Positions 10,042-19,376 are shown, counted from the first letter of the stretch. The stretch is 26,145 nucleotides of DNA from Gemmatales bacterium (GCA_041640595.1 JBEPZY010000013.1:1-26145); one strand, 5' to 3'. Notes: a model not told the origin generated them from the sequence alone. Translations and numbers: made by a program.

Positions 10042-10314
10042 CAACTCAAAGACCGGCACCAGAAGGCAGCTCCACCCCGCTGAATGGCTTGAATCTCCCC
10101 GCAGCTGTGGCGCGTGCTTTAGCCTCCTCGCTAGGCCTTTTTGCTTGCGCGGCCTTTTTTTCGTATTCGAGGCCACACAGCTTAAGGCCTGAGCTCGTTG
10201 GTCGTAGACAATGACTCGCAGAGGCATGCTGGCCATACCCAACTAGCATTGCCATTAATGCAATAATATTTCATTCTTCGGCCAGCCAGGCAAAGGAGGT
10301 GGGAACTTCAGGAG

Positions 10315-11277
10315 CTATGACGGCATTGCAGACGAAGATACAGGCCGATCATCTCCAGCTCGTACTGCCGCTCTCAATTGCTCCCTGGCCAGATCCGCTT
10401 GCTTCCTCTGCCACTCCATCTCCTGTCTCTGCCTAGCAGCCCAGTCTCGCCACACCTCCCCCACGGATCTCCCTTCGGCCTCGTACTCCGCCCGCTTCAG
10501 CCTCGCTCGTTCCACCTCTAGAGAGTGCAGCCACCACAGGTATTCGTTAGTGTCTACAAACCGTCTCCGCTTCCGTCTTGGCTTGGCCTTGAACAGCCCC
10601 TTGAGCAGCCCCATGAACCACCGGCACAGCTCGCCAAGGGACTTCACCCACCCAGGCACCCTGAGCTTGTGTGCCAATCCCCTCAGCTTCTCGAAAAGCT
10701 TTAGCGCGTAGGTGCACGTCTTGCCCTTGAGGTGCCGGCCCACCAGGGCCGTGCAGATTCTTAGGTAACCTTTGGGCAGCGTAGAGTTCCCTAAGGTCTC
10801 CCGGAAGGCCTTCATGCACCGGTTCCACTGCTGGCGGTTTGCCGGAGAGATTATCTCCCCCGACATGGCCTCAGGCCTATCACCCGAAGGGTGTATATTA
10901 TTTAACTTCATCCTATACCTTGTAGGGGGGTGACACTTTTTCTGCGCGACTGCTTCACGCTTTTGGGGCTTGCGCCAGTTGAGCCAATAGACGGAGTGCT
11001 TGCCCCGGCCGGTTCTAGATTGGTGTAAGAAGAGCAGCCTCACCTTCTGTAAGAAGGCGATGGCCTTGTAGACGGTCTTGCGGGAGAGGCCGGTCTGGAC
11101 ACTGATCTGGCAGGCGTCCAGCTCGAAGAATCCCTGCTGGTCCGCAATCATGTAGAGATAAGCGAAGACCCGGCGTGCACTCTCCGAGCGCTGAACAGCG
11201 AGCACCTTGGGGAGTTGGAAGGTTCCGGGGACCGGGGACTTGACTTTTTGACAAAAATCCCTTATACTGGTTTTCAC
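10315..11277 (-). CDS. Winged-HTH protein, probable replication initiator (Rep-like 1)
   Basis: QISVQTGLSRKTVYKAIAFLQKVRLL...GRGKHSVYWL wHTH; very basic; plasmid backbone context; start uncertain. Confidence 0.6.
   Translation of the reverse strand: MKTSIRDFCQKVKSPVPGTFQLPKVLAVQRSESARRVFAYLYMIADQQGFFELDACQISVQTGLSRKTVYKAIAFLQKVRLLFLHQSRTGRGKHSVYWLNWRKPQKREAVAQKKCHPPTRYRMKLNNIHPSGDRPEAMSGEIISPANRQQWNRCMKAFRETLGNSTLPKGYLRICTALVGRHLKGKTCTYALKLFEKLRGLAHKLRVPGWVKSLGELCRWFMGLLKGLFKAKPRRKRRRFVDTNEYLWWLHSLEVERARLKRAEYEAEGRSVGEVWRDWAARQRQEMEWQRKQADLAREQLRAAVRAGDDRPVSSSAMPS
11240..11268 (+). promoter_or_regulatory. Promoter for an antisense RNA opposite Rep-like 1
   Basis: TTGACT-17-TATACT. Confidence 0.65.
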
Positions 11278-11333
11278 AGGGTCGACAAACCAGTTGGCGG
11301 ACTCTGAGCTGGTAGCTCAGAGTCTTTAATTTT
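11275..11333 (+). ncRNA. Putative counter-transcribed RNA (about 60 nt)
   Basis: Lies between a promoter and an intrinsic terminator, antisense to the rep leader, with no ORF. Confidence 0.55.
11300..11333 (+). terminator. Intrinsic terminator
   Basis: Perfect 11-bp stem GACTCTGAGCT/AGCTCAGAGTC followed by TTTAATTTT. Confidence 0.7.
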
Positions 11334-11410
11334 ATAGGGTTCTACTCACCACTATAATCTGTCCACTGGTCGTCCATTCACCCCCTCTTAGGTAAAGGAG
11401 CATTATAGCA

Positions 11411-11800
11411 CTATTCGGTCTGCTGAGACAAGCCACGGGCAAACAGCCCCTTGAACCAGTCCACCACTCTCTTCCAGAACGGCTTACGCAGCTGCAAGAC
11501 CTTCATGTGCAGGACCTCAATTTGCCGGTTGGCCCGCTCAAGCTGGGTCCTCAAAGCTGATGCCATATCTGGTGTAATGTTATTCGCTATCATCTGGCAG
11601 GCATCAGTAACAGTCGGCACTCCGTCCTTGAGGTACTGCTGCACTTTCTTGAACATCTCGACATCGCTTTCACTGTAGATGTCCTTGTTGCCTAAGCCCT
11701 TCTTAGGATCAATGAGGCCGAACTTCTTGAGCGTGTTGCGCCAATACTGGACCCTGGTCTCACGCTCGGCAAGCTCCGCACAAAGCTCTTTGAAATCCAT
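11411..11800 (-). CDS. MerR-like HTH + coiled coil + amphipathic tail (RacA/pSK1 Par-like)
   Basis: MDFKELCAELAERETRVQYW...YSESDVEMFKKVQ; heptads LRTQLERANRQIEVL; tail KPFWKRVVDWFKGLF. Confidence 0.7.
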   Translation of the reverse strand: MDFKELCAELAERETRVQYWRNTLKKFGLIDPKKGLGNKDIYSESDVEMFKKVQQYLKDGVPTVTDACQMIANNITPDMASALRTQLERANRQIEVLHMKVLQLRKPFWKRVVDWFKGLFARGLSQQTE

Positions 11801-12036
11801 GCTATTTATATAGTTACCGTACCTGAAGACGAGGGGAAAGGACAGGCGTCACCTCGTACGGAGACTAGTGGGTGGTCAAACCTCTTGTTGGTCTAACGGG
11901 GTTGTTTCACCGGTGCTTGTGCGCCCGGTGCCAGGTGGTGACCCAAGCGCGCCGAGCGTCCCCTCAGCACACTGGTCTGCCAGGGCGGGAAGGGTACAGT
12001 GCGGTATCTTAGCAGTCCTGCCCCGATAGGTTGCGC

Positions 12037-12079
12037 TTGCATCTTAGGTAACCATTGTGATATACTTGGTTACCTAAGA
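12037..12079 (+). promoter_or_regulatory. Promoter embedded in a 13-bp inverted-repeat operator
   Basis: TTGCAT-18-TATACT with TG extension; TCTTAGGTAACCA (12042-54) and TGGTTACCTAAGA (12067-79). Confidence 0.7.
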
Positions 12080-12089
12080 AAGGAGGGCT

Positions 12090-12377
12090 ATGCCTCTGCC
12101 CCGACGCCTCCACCAGGATGTGCGAAAACTGAGCTCCCACCAGATCAAAGAGCTCCAGGCCATCCTCAAGAAGCTCCTCCACCACAAGGAGGGCATCGCC
12201 GAGCGACTCCCTAGCAGGAAAGGCACTCGGCACTACACCTACCGCCAGGAGTACGTCAAGTGCGGCAAGGAAGGCTGCAAATGCGCCCGGGGAAAAGGCC
12301 ACGGCCCCTACTGGTATGCCTACTGGAAGGAACAAGGCAAGCTCAAGAAACGATATCTTGGGAAGACCCGGAGGTGA
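12090..12377 (+). CDS. DUF6788-like zinc-binding protein
   Basis: YVKCGKEGCKCARGKGHGPYWYAYWKEQGKLKKRYLGK; RBS AAGGAGG. Confidence 0.75.
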   Translation: MPLPRRLHQDVRKLSSHQIKELQAILKKLLHHKEGIAERLPSRKGTRHYTYRQEYVKCGKEGCKCARGKGHGPYWYAYWKEQGKLKKRYLGKTRR

Positions 12378-12383
12378 TCGCCT

Positions 12384-12926
12384 ATGTTGCGTGTCAGGGT
12401 GCGCTACGAAGATGAGGAGCGCCGCAGGGAGCTGAAGAGAGCTGGCTTCCGCTGGAACCCTCAGCTCAAGCTCTGGGAGGGCCAAGACACCTCAGCTAAC
12501 CGGGAGCTGCTCGATCGGCTGGGGCTGGAGCCGGAAGCTCTCCCAGCTATCCCCCAGAGCGAGGAGGTAGACCGCAGGGATGAGGTGCGCCAGGAGCTGT
12601 TGCAGGATGTCGTCGGCGAGTATATCTACAACTTTACCACCAGGGAGGGCAAGCGCATCGTCGGGGTGAGCTGGGCCGGGGCCAAGCGCTTAGCCCAGAC
12701 TTATCTGCCGGGGCTGGATGTGGAGCTGGTGCGCGTCGACCAGAATGAGAGATGGATTGCCGTAGTAGTGAAGGTCAAGTGGGAGAAGGGCAGCGCCTTA
12801 GGAGCAGCGCAGATCCCAGCTACCGAGAGATTCGCCTACCCTATGGCGATCAACAAGGCACAGCGCAACGCGATCATGAACCTCCTCGATGCAGCCCTCA
12901 TCAAGAAGGCTATCAGGGGCACCTAG
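12384..12926 (+). CDS. DUF5710-like N-domain + Rad52/Sak-like annealing domain (putative)
   Basis: ELKRAGFRWNPQLKLW; C-part ending AYPMAINKAQRNAI; RBS GGAGGTGA. Confidence 0.5.
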   Translation: MLRVRVRYEDEERRRELKRAGFRWNPQLKLWEGQDTSANRELLDRLGLEPEALPAIPQSEEVDRRDEVRQELLQDVVGEYIYNFTTREGKRIVGVSWAGAKRLAQTYLPGLDVELVRVDQNERWIAVVVKVKWEKGSALGAAQIPATERFAYPMAINKAQRNAIMNLLDAALIKKAIRGT

Positions 12927-13095
12927 AGGGCTGATCCTACCTAGGAGGATTATCAATTGGAGGATTTTCAATGTAAAGGTGCTGATTCTGGCTATTGTGT
13001 TAGTATTGGCTACCCTAATCCTTCTCCTACTTTTCCCGAGTGCTTTCGCTCCTTCTATTGTTATCTTATCGCCGGTCGTGGTGGGACGGTAATTT

Positions 13096-13383
13096 TTATC
13101 GAGCTAGCAATAGAAAAATAAAGGCTATTATAACAAAGAAGAGAATCGGATAGTCTTGAATGATATGAATTAACCCCGCACTAGCCCCTCCGGTACATGA
13201 CTTCCCTTTTTTCTTGGCTGCCTTGCAACCCACAAGGACTGCTGATAATGGATCGTGATTGTATCTGCGATGAGCACGGCCGGGATACTTCTTCACTGGG
13301 CGATCTATAGCCGCGTGAACTTCATCGTAGTCATCACCAAGCAATAACTTAGTAAGTTTGCGATGCTGATATCTCTGTGGCAT
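13096..13383 (-). CDS. Small His/Asp-rich putative metal-dependent hydrolase with C-terminal TM anchor
   Basis: H7, VHAAID, HRRYNHD and HIIQD motifs, then ILFFVIIAFIFLLL. Confidence 0.6.
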   Translation of the reverse strand: MPQRYQHRKLTKLLLGDDYDEVHAAIDRPVKKYPGRAHRRYNHDPLSAVLVGCKAAKKKGKSCTGGASAGLIHIIQDYPILFFVIIAFIFLLLAR

Positions 13384-13406
13384 GGTTCCTGTCCCGCTAC
13401 TAAGAA

Positions 13407-13556
13407 CTAAAAACCAAAGAACTTTTCAAAAAAACTTCTCTTTCTGCGCGGTTGTCCAGCGTCGCTCCGCTTACGTCGCCAAGTGCCCTTCTTAGTTCGA
13501 GAACGAGCCTGCTTTCCGACGTGGGGCAAGTTGCAACCGCACCTGCGATCCGCCAT
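13407..13556 (-). CDS. 49-aa basic microprotein with amphipathic tail (absent from ORF track)
   Basis: RBS AGGAGGTGA; MADRRCGCNLPHVGKQARSRTKKGTWRRKRSDAGQPRRKRSFFEKFFGF. Confidence 0.75.
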   Translation of the reverse strand: MADRRCGCNLPHVGKQARSRTKKGTWRRKRSDAGQPRRKRSFFEKFFGF

Positions 13557-13593
13557 TTCCGTCACCTCCTAAATAACAGAGTGCTATTGATTC

Positions 13594-13622
13594 AATATAA
13601 AACTTTTCGGCCCAGATGTCAA
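13594..13622 (-). promoter_or_regulatory. Promoter for the 13556/13383 operon
   Basis: TTGACA-17-TATATT. Confidence 0.6.
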
Positions 13623-13684
13623 ACAATAGAAATATCAAGGTATTATAACATCAAATCCCAAATTACTGACGAGCATCTTTAGTG

Positions 13685-14323
13685 TTAGAAATAAACTATC
13701 TTCATGTGGGCTCTACCAAGACAACCTAACGAAGCTGGAAAACTAAAAAACATTTTTGTTTTTAGAAAGTTTTTTCTTATACGCTCTAACCAGCTTGTGC
13801 GCTCAACCTTTATAGCTTGTTCCAATTGCTTACCTATATCGAGTGCTTCACCAATCACAACCCTGAGATCAAACAACAGATCAGGGTAGAGATCAGATCG
13901 GGCATCTTCTTCAGTAGCCCCAAGGTCTACTTGTTGTTTCACTAGTTCAGAGGCATGGGAACCAGGCTTGAATGCAAGTTCATCTTTATATGAGTTTGCT
14001 TTCCTTAAGAGTTTGTAGAAACAGGTTAAAAGCTCATTCGTCCCTGGTTGCAATAAACCTAAATCACCTTGCACTCGATCATAAACATCTGTCTGGTAGT
14101 TCGTATACTGTTGCGGAACTCCTATTTTCCACGATCTTCGTTTTCTACTGCTCTCTCGTATATAACTGAGGTGTGAATGTGCTTCAGAGAGCTGTTTTAC
14201 ATTTAAGGAGATTTCTGGTTCAAGGCGGTTAAGTAGGTGATTTCGCTTACGGCGCTCCTTAGCTACTTCTCCTATTCCTAACCACTCTAGGAGAGCTTTA
14301 ATGAATTCCATAATCAACCACAC
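13685..14323 (-). CDS. Hypothetical helical protein in an AT-rich segment (start may be 14311)
   Basis: 212-aa ORF with no recognised motif. Confidence 0.6.
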   Translation of the reverse strand: MWLIMEFIKALLEWLGIGEVAKERRKRNHLLNRLEPEISLNVKQLSEAHSHLSYIRESSRKRRSWKIGVPQQYTNYQTDVYDRVQGDLGLLQPGTNELLTCFYKLLRKANSYKDELAFKPGSHASELVKQQVDLGATEEDARSDLYPDLLFDLRVVIGEALDIGKQLEQAIKVERTSWLERIRKNFLKTKMFFSFPASLGCLGRAHMKIVYF

Positions 14324-14700
14324 TCTTTCATCCTTGACACTAACCCATTATTGTCAAGGAGTGTACTCCGGAAGTGAGAGAAAGTCAAGAAGGGATCGGG
14401 GGTGGGGGTTGGGGAGATGGAGAGGGTAATGTCAAAGTCATATCCGAATCGGCTGAAATGAGGTATTTATGGTGCTCTTTCAAACACTTCTTTATCACAG
14501 TCAATAATTCGATTCTTTCGGCAATTTTGCTTGCAAACGGGAAGATGTCCATTTGTTTGGCGACCTCGTGCATTTCGTTCTGAATTGTGTAGGTTATATC
14601 TTCAAGAAGATTTTTAATTATCGCGATTATGGATTTGAATCAGGTAAGGAGCAACGCAGCCCCTCTTTTTTACTCTATAGTCTTGTGCTATACTTAAAGC

Positions 14701-14880
14701 ATGAAGCCTGAGAAGAAACCAAGGCTGAAGCAGAGGCGTCATCTTGTGCCGATCCTCATATCCCCGCGCTTTGAAGAGACGTGGATGGAGTTTCTGAAGC
14801 TCAAGCCAGCGTCACTCTCTCAGAACGCCTGGATTTGCTATGCCATAGAGAAGTATCACTGGAGCCGTCCTAGAGATTGA
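14701..14880 (+). CDS. 59-aa RHH-like regulator, probably leaderless (absent from ORF track)
   Basis: TGCTATACT 6 nt before ATG; LVPILIS...SLSQNAWICYAIEKY. Confidence 0.55.
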   Translation: MKPEKKPRLKQRRHLVPILISPRFEETWMEFLKLKPASLSQNAWICYAIEKYHWSRPRD

Positions 14881-15812
14881 TGGAGGAGAGCTATGGGGTA
14901 GATAACATGGCTGATGTCGTAGTTCAGGTTTCAGGGCTGACCAAAATATATAAAACCGGAACCCAGGCTCTCAAGGGAGTCAGTTTTTCGGTTCATCGAG
15001 GAGAGATATTCTGCATATTAGGACCTAACGGAGCGGGCAAAACCACTCTCCTAAGGATTCTGGCTACCCAGCTTGAGCCTAGCAGCGGTGAAGCCCTCGT
15101 TCTTGGATTCAGCGTCCTTAGCCAAGTATCATCGATTCGCAATCACATTGGCGTTGTACCACAAGAAGCCCTCCCTGATCCTGAGCTTACTCCTTGGGAT
15201 CACGTATTCTACTACCTTCTTTCGCGAGGAGACTCGGTAAAGGAAGCTAAATACAGGGCAAAATGGGCGCTAGAAGTAACCGAGCTATGGGATCAAAGGG
15301 GCATAGCTACCGCTCATCTTTCAGGGGGAATGAGGAAGAGAGTCTTAGCAGCTATGGCCATTGCCACTAGAGCACCTCTACTCTTACTCGACGAGGTGTC
15401 TGCTGGGCTGGACCCATTGAGTAAGAGAGCACTATGGAAAGCACTTTTTGAATTGAAAGCCGAATCTACAATCATCCTCACGACACACTCCATGGATGAA
15501 GCTGAAGCGCTGGCAGATAGGGTTGCCATAATGAATCAGGGGCGTGTGCTGAAGGTGGGGTCTCCTCAAGAATTAAAAGAACTGATTCATGTAAAGCGCA
15601 AGATCATACTGCTAAACTCTTCTATGCTTGATGAGTTTAGCGTGCTTGGTAGGATTGAGTCTTACGGCGGTAAGACCATAGTTTATCCCCAGAATGGCCA
15701 GGCAATGGAACAACTCCTTAGCCAGGCAATGGAGAAGGATATTGAGATCCTAATACAGCCCATAACACTTGAAGATGTTTTCATCAAATTGATCAAAGAG
15801 GATGAAGGATGA
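14877..15812 (+). CDS. ABC transporter ATP-binding protein, DrrA/CcmA-like (start may be 14907)
   Basis: GPNGAGKTT, LSGGM, LLLLDE and TTH motifs. Confidence 0.95.
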   Translation: MMEESYGVDNMADVVVQVSGLTKIYKTGTQALKGVSFSVHRGEIFCILGPNGAGKTTLLRILATQLEPSSGEALVLGFSVLSQVSSIRNHIGVVPQEALPDPELTPWDHVFYYLLSRGDSVKEAKYRAKWALEVTELWDQRGIATAHLSGGMRKRVLAAMAIATRAPLLLLDEVSAGLDPLSKRALWKALFELKAESTIILTTHSMDEAEALADRVAIMNQGRVLKVGSPQELKELIHVKRKIILLNSSMLDEFSVLGRIESYGGKTIVYPQNGQAMEQLLSQAMEKDIEILIQPITLEDVFIKLIKEDEG

Positions 15813-16543
15813 GACTAGCGTGGCAAATAGCATCCATATCGATGATGTTGGCGCTCCCTACGCTACGTCACCCCCTTTGGCATCTAACAATCTCAGTGAT
15901 TCCTGCAAGTCTCTTTTTTGTCTTTTGGCTGATCGGAGGAATCGACCTAGGACGCCATGCACTCTTAGGCGCATTAGTCGCTATTGCCGTTAATGCCGGA
16001 ATTGTCTCCCTACCTCAGCTAATTGTGGGGCTCAAGCACAGACGCTTACAGGATATGTTCATTGCAAGTCCTGTAGGGCCCGTGGCCTATGCCATGGGAA
16101 CAGCACTCTCTCGTTTAATTTACGTTTCCCCTTTGATCATAATCGTCTTGCTCATCCTTACCTTAGGAGGTTTCATACCAATACGGAGCCTTCCTATGAT
16201 TGCCTTAACGCTCATGATGACATGGTGGGTGGGCAGCTTTTTGGGCTTCACTATATCTACGTATATAAGCAACATAGTATATATCTCAGGTGTTTCAAAC
16301 TTGCTAGGCTTGCTCCTTAACCTTATACCTCCCGTGTATTATCCGTTGAGCTTGGTTCCAAATGAATTTAGCTGGCTGGCATTACTCATCCCAACCACCC
16401 ATGCGGCTCAGCTGGTCCGAGCTTATGCTGGCACAGTCAACACTGGAGTTTGGGATCTAATTTTGAGCTGGCTAGCGCTGGTTATATATGGCGTCATCTG
16501 TAGCCTTCTTGTCGCCTTCAGAAGCCGTTGGCGTGAAGCTTGA
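15809..16543 (+). CDS. ABC-2 type permease
   Basis: About 6 TM segments; PPVYYP...LIPTTH motif; ATGA overlap with the ATPase. Confidence 0.9.
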   Translation: MRLAWQIASISMMLALPTLRHPLWHLTISVIPASLFFVFWLIGGIDLGRHALLGALVAIAVNAGIVSLPQLIVGLKHRRLQDMFIASPVGPVAYAMGTALSRLIYVSPLIIIVLLILTLGGFIPIRSLPMIALTLMMTWWVGSFLGFTISTYISNIVYISGVSNLLGLLLNLIPPVYYPLSLVPNEFSWLALLIPTTHAAQLVRAYAGTVNTGVWDLILSWLALVIYGVICSLLVAFRSRWREA

Positions 16544-16768
16544 AGTGCGCCCCGAATTTTGGAAAAAGGAGTTAATCAAGTATCCTGGTCCAAAAGGCTC
16601 GTGTAATATGCTATCAACCGATCAGTGGGGAAGAATCTGCCAGTCGGCATCGCCTCAGTTCGGCCCGGTGTGCAGGCCCAGCGAAACGTAAGGGTCCAGG
16701 AAGTCGCAACTTCCCTTTACACCATAGCACTTGACATATTTTGCTCAAAAAGATACAATCATCCCGAC

Positions 16769-17398
16769 ATGACCCAGAAATCCCCCGGCCGCCCACGAGC
16801 CCTCCGCTGCTTCGGCTATGCCAGGGTCTCTACCGTCAAGCAGGTGGAGACCCCAGGAGGGATCCAGGCCCAGGTCGAGAAGATCAAGAAGTTCTGCGAT
16901 CTCCATCATTACCAACTCCTTAAGGTCTTCAAGGACGAAGGGATCTCAGCCATCGATGAGCGGCCGGCCTTCACCAAGATGATGGCAGCTGTGGCGCGCA
17001 AGGAAGCAGATGCCGTCATCGTCACCCGCCTTGATAGGCTGGGCCGTTCCGTCCTAGACCTCGTCTCAACAGTGACGGAGCTGCAAAGGCAAGGCTGTCA
17101 GTTCATCGCCTTGGAGCAGAACATCAACACGACCACAAGTGAGGGGAGATTGCTCTTCAATATCTTATCTGCCTTTGCAGAGTTTGAGCGAGAGATCATC
17201 AAGGAGCGGATGCTGGCTGGCAGGATGCGAGCCAGGGAGCACGGGGTGATAGACCATCGGCCGAGGCTGAACATCCCCTTAGATGAGCTCAAGGATTTAT
17301 ATTTCAACCGCAAGCTCTCGGTGACCGCCTGTGCCAAGTTCTACAGATGTTCTCGGCAGACAATCTATGAGAGGTTAAAAGAGATCCGTAAGTCTTAA
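16769..17398 (+). CDS. Serine recombinase (resolvase/invertase family)
   Basis: GYARVST, RLDRLGRS, AFAEFEREIIKER and a C-terminal HTH; TTGACA-17-TACAAT at 16731-16759. Confidence 0.95.
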   Translation: MTQKSPGRPRALRCFGYARVSTVKQVETPGGIQAQVEKIKKFCDLHHYQLLKVFKDEGISAIDERPAFTKMMAAVARKEADAVIVTRLDRLGRSVLDLVSTVTELQRQGCQFIALEQNINTTTSEGRLLFNILSAFAEFEREIIKERMLAGRMRAREHGVIDHRPRLNIPLDELKDLYFNRKLSVTACAKFYRCSRQTIYERLKEIRKS

Positions 17399-17680
17399 AA
17401 CGCTCCATCGTTCGTTCCTCATTCCGAAAAGGTTTCACCTGGGGATTTCGACTTCGTAACGGTCTTCACACGGATGCCTGATCGTGCTAGAACGTCTTCC
17501 CCTATAGACCCGCCCCCCTGTGCGCTCGGTAGGGGGCTTTTCTCTCCACCACAACGCGCCCATGGTGAACCGGTCCACGACTCGCATCATGTAACGTCCG
17601 TTAGTGGGCATAACGCCTCCTCGGCCGGCCCTCTTGCATCTGGGCATTCATGGCCATATAATGAGCCATGGGTGATAGCC

Positions 17681-17938
17681 ATGTTAAAGGTCCCCTTGGC
17701 CGAAGCAAAGAACAAGCTGACCGAGTTGATTCGCCAGGTGGAGGCTGGCAAGCAAGTGGTGATCACCAAGCGCCGCAAGCCCGCGGCCCGGCTCCTCTCC
17801 GAGGCCACATATGAGCAGCTCCAAAAGAGGTTGGCCGTGGCCGGACTCCAGGCCCTCAGGGATCGCTGGCGGGCCGCCGGAATCAAGGCCCAGGATCTTC
17901 ACCAGGAGTCTCGACGCCTCCTGGAGGAGCGGACGTAG
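17681..17938 (+). CDS. Phd/YefM-family antitoxin
   Basis: VPLAEAKNKLTELIRQVEAGKQVVITKRRKPAARL. Confidence 0.9.
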   Translation: MLKVPLAEAKNKLTELIRQVEAGKQVVITKRRKPAARLLSEATYEQLQKRLAVAGLQALRDRWRAAGIKAQDLHQESRRLLEERT

Positions 17939-17940
17939 AA

Positions 17941-18429
17941 GTGAAAGTGGCCGATCGCAGGCGCAAGGGGGAGCCGGGGCGAGCCCCGCTCTATGTGATC
18001 GACGCCAGCGCGCTGCTGGCGGCCTTCCTGCCGGAGGAGGACTGGGAGGCGGAGGCCGATGCCCTCTTGGAAGGCTGGCAGGAGGGGAAGGTGCGGCTGG
18101 TGGCGCCGACGCTCACCTCCTATGAGATCCTCAACGGCCTCTACATCGCGGTGCGAGGCAAGGCGGGGCGGCCGCCCCGCCTCACTGAAGCGGAGGCTTC
18201 TGAAGCCTGGGCACTCTTTCAGGGGCTGGGGATCCCTCAGGTGGGGGTGGAGGAGGTGGCCACGGACGCTTTGGAGTTAGCCTTCCAGCACCGGTGGCGG
18301 AGCGTTTATGATATGGCCTATGTGGCGTGGGCCAAGAGGCTTAACACAAAGCTGATTACAGCGGAGCCCCCTCTGGCAGAAGCCTTCCCCAAGTGGACCC
18401 ACCTCATCTGGGAGCCCTTAGCATTATGA
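17941..18429 (+). CDS. vapC: VapC/PIN-domain toxin
   Basis: YVIDAS...YEILNGL...SVYDMAYVA...LITAE. Confidence 0.9.
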   Translation: MKVADRRRKGEPGRAPLYVIDASALLAAFLPEEDWEAEADALLEGWQEGKVRLVAPTLTSYEILNGLYIAVRGKAGRPPRLTEAEASEAWALFQGLGIPQVGVEEVATDALELAFQHRWRSVYDMAYVAWAKRLNTKLITAEPPLAEAFPKWTHLIWEPLAL

Positions 18430-18553
18430 GTCGCTGGAGCCCAAGGCGCCGTGCCACCTGGGGTGAGGGAGGCTGACGTGACACGCCAGGGGGACAAACC
18501 TGGTTCACAACTCCTAGCTTAAGGAAGGCGTTCGCCACTTTGCAGTCGTCGTG

Positions 18554-19141
18554 CTATAATGACTGCTCTTTGCTTTTGCCCTGACAGACCGGACTGATCC
18601 GAGGGGCTACCCCCCTAGCTGTCAGATCCGTGCGGGCTCTGGAGTCGATCATCTTGAGCAGTTTCATCTTTTGATCAGGTGTAAGGTGATCCCCTAGCTT
18701 TATAGATGGCCGTTGGTTGCGATGGTGGGTTGAGGGTCTTTTCCCCAGTTGTTGGCCAACGTAGTGGCGCCCTAGCTCGTGATCTTTGATCTTCCGTCCA
18801 TACCAGTCTTTAAGTTGCTTGATCTTGGCAGCATGGGATTCCCTTTCTTGCTTGAGCGTTGCTTCCAGACTTCTAACTTTTTCTTCGAGCAATTTGATTC
18901 GACAGTGAGCTCGATCCACCTGAGCTTGGTATTCTTGGGCCTTTTCAGCCCACCGCACTTCAGGGTCAGCTGCAAGGTCAATGAGCTGATTAAGAGCCTC
19001 GATGTCTCTCTTTATCTTGTCTTGAAGCTCCATGAGAACGGTGACTTCCGATTGATCATCTTTTGTCTTCTTGCGATCAAGCCTACGTTGAAGCTCGTCG
19101 TAGCACTCTTGTATGTCTTCTTTAAGAGAGTTAAGTCCCAT
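18554..19141 (-). CDS. Coiled-coil hypothetical protein
   Basis: RBS AAAGGAGG; long heptad repeats. Confidence 0.75.
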   Translation of the reverse strand: MGLNSLKEDIQECYDELQRRLDRKKTKDDQSEVTVLMELQDKIKRDIEALNQLIDLAADPEVRWAEKAQEYQAQVDRAHCRIKLLEEKVRSLEATLKQERESHAAKIKQLKDWYGRKIKDHELGRHYVGQQLGKRPSTHHRNQRPSIKLGDHLTPDQKMKLLKMIDSRARTDLTARGVAPRISPVCQGKSKEQSL

Positions 19142-19376
19142 AATTGGGCCTCCTTTCTTTATGAATGAAGACGCCCTTGGGAAGCACTCTTAGCAAAGAA
19201 GTGCAACCCGAGGGCGTATCTGTATCTATGCTGTTATTGAGACTTGTGAGCTAAGCTCAGGAAACCGACTGAGAGTGTGAGGGTATAATACGCGCGCACG
19301 CGCGCGTGTTAATAAAAATATAACGCGCGTATATATATATATATTAGGGAAATTGAGACCAGAAGCGGACAAACTC

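Noticed and set aside
12889..13092. Hydrophobic ORF (KVLILAIVLVLATLILLLLF) as a type I toxin-like peptide
   Set aside because: The ATG after the GGAGG is followed directly by TAA; no well-placed in-frame start
14385..14573. Pro-rich peptide as a RiPP precursor for the ABC exporter
   Set aside because: No modifying enzymes or leader motif; the frame extends upstream without a start, so it is probably a fragment
16625..16768. N-terminal extension of the resolvase in the ORF track
   Set aside because: A promoter at 16731-16759 and domain start support ATG 16769
17474..17680. N-terminal extension of the Phd antitoxin
   Set aside because: The Phd domain starts at ATG 17681 with a GGTGA RBS
17436..18463. 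9-bp CACCTGGGG direct repeat around Phd-VapC as a target-site duplication
   Set aside because: Too short, with no adjoining terminal inverted repeats
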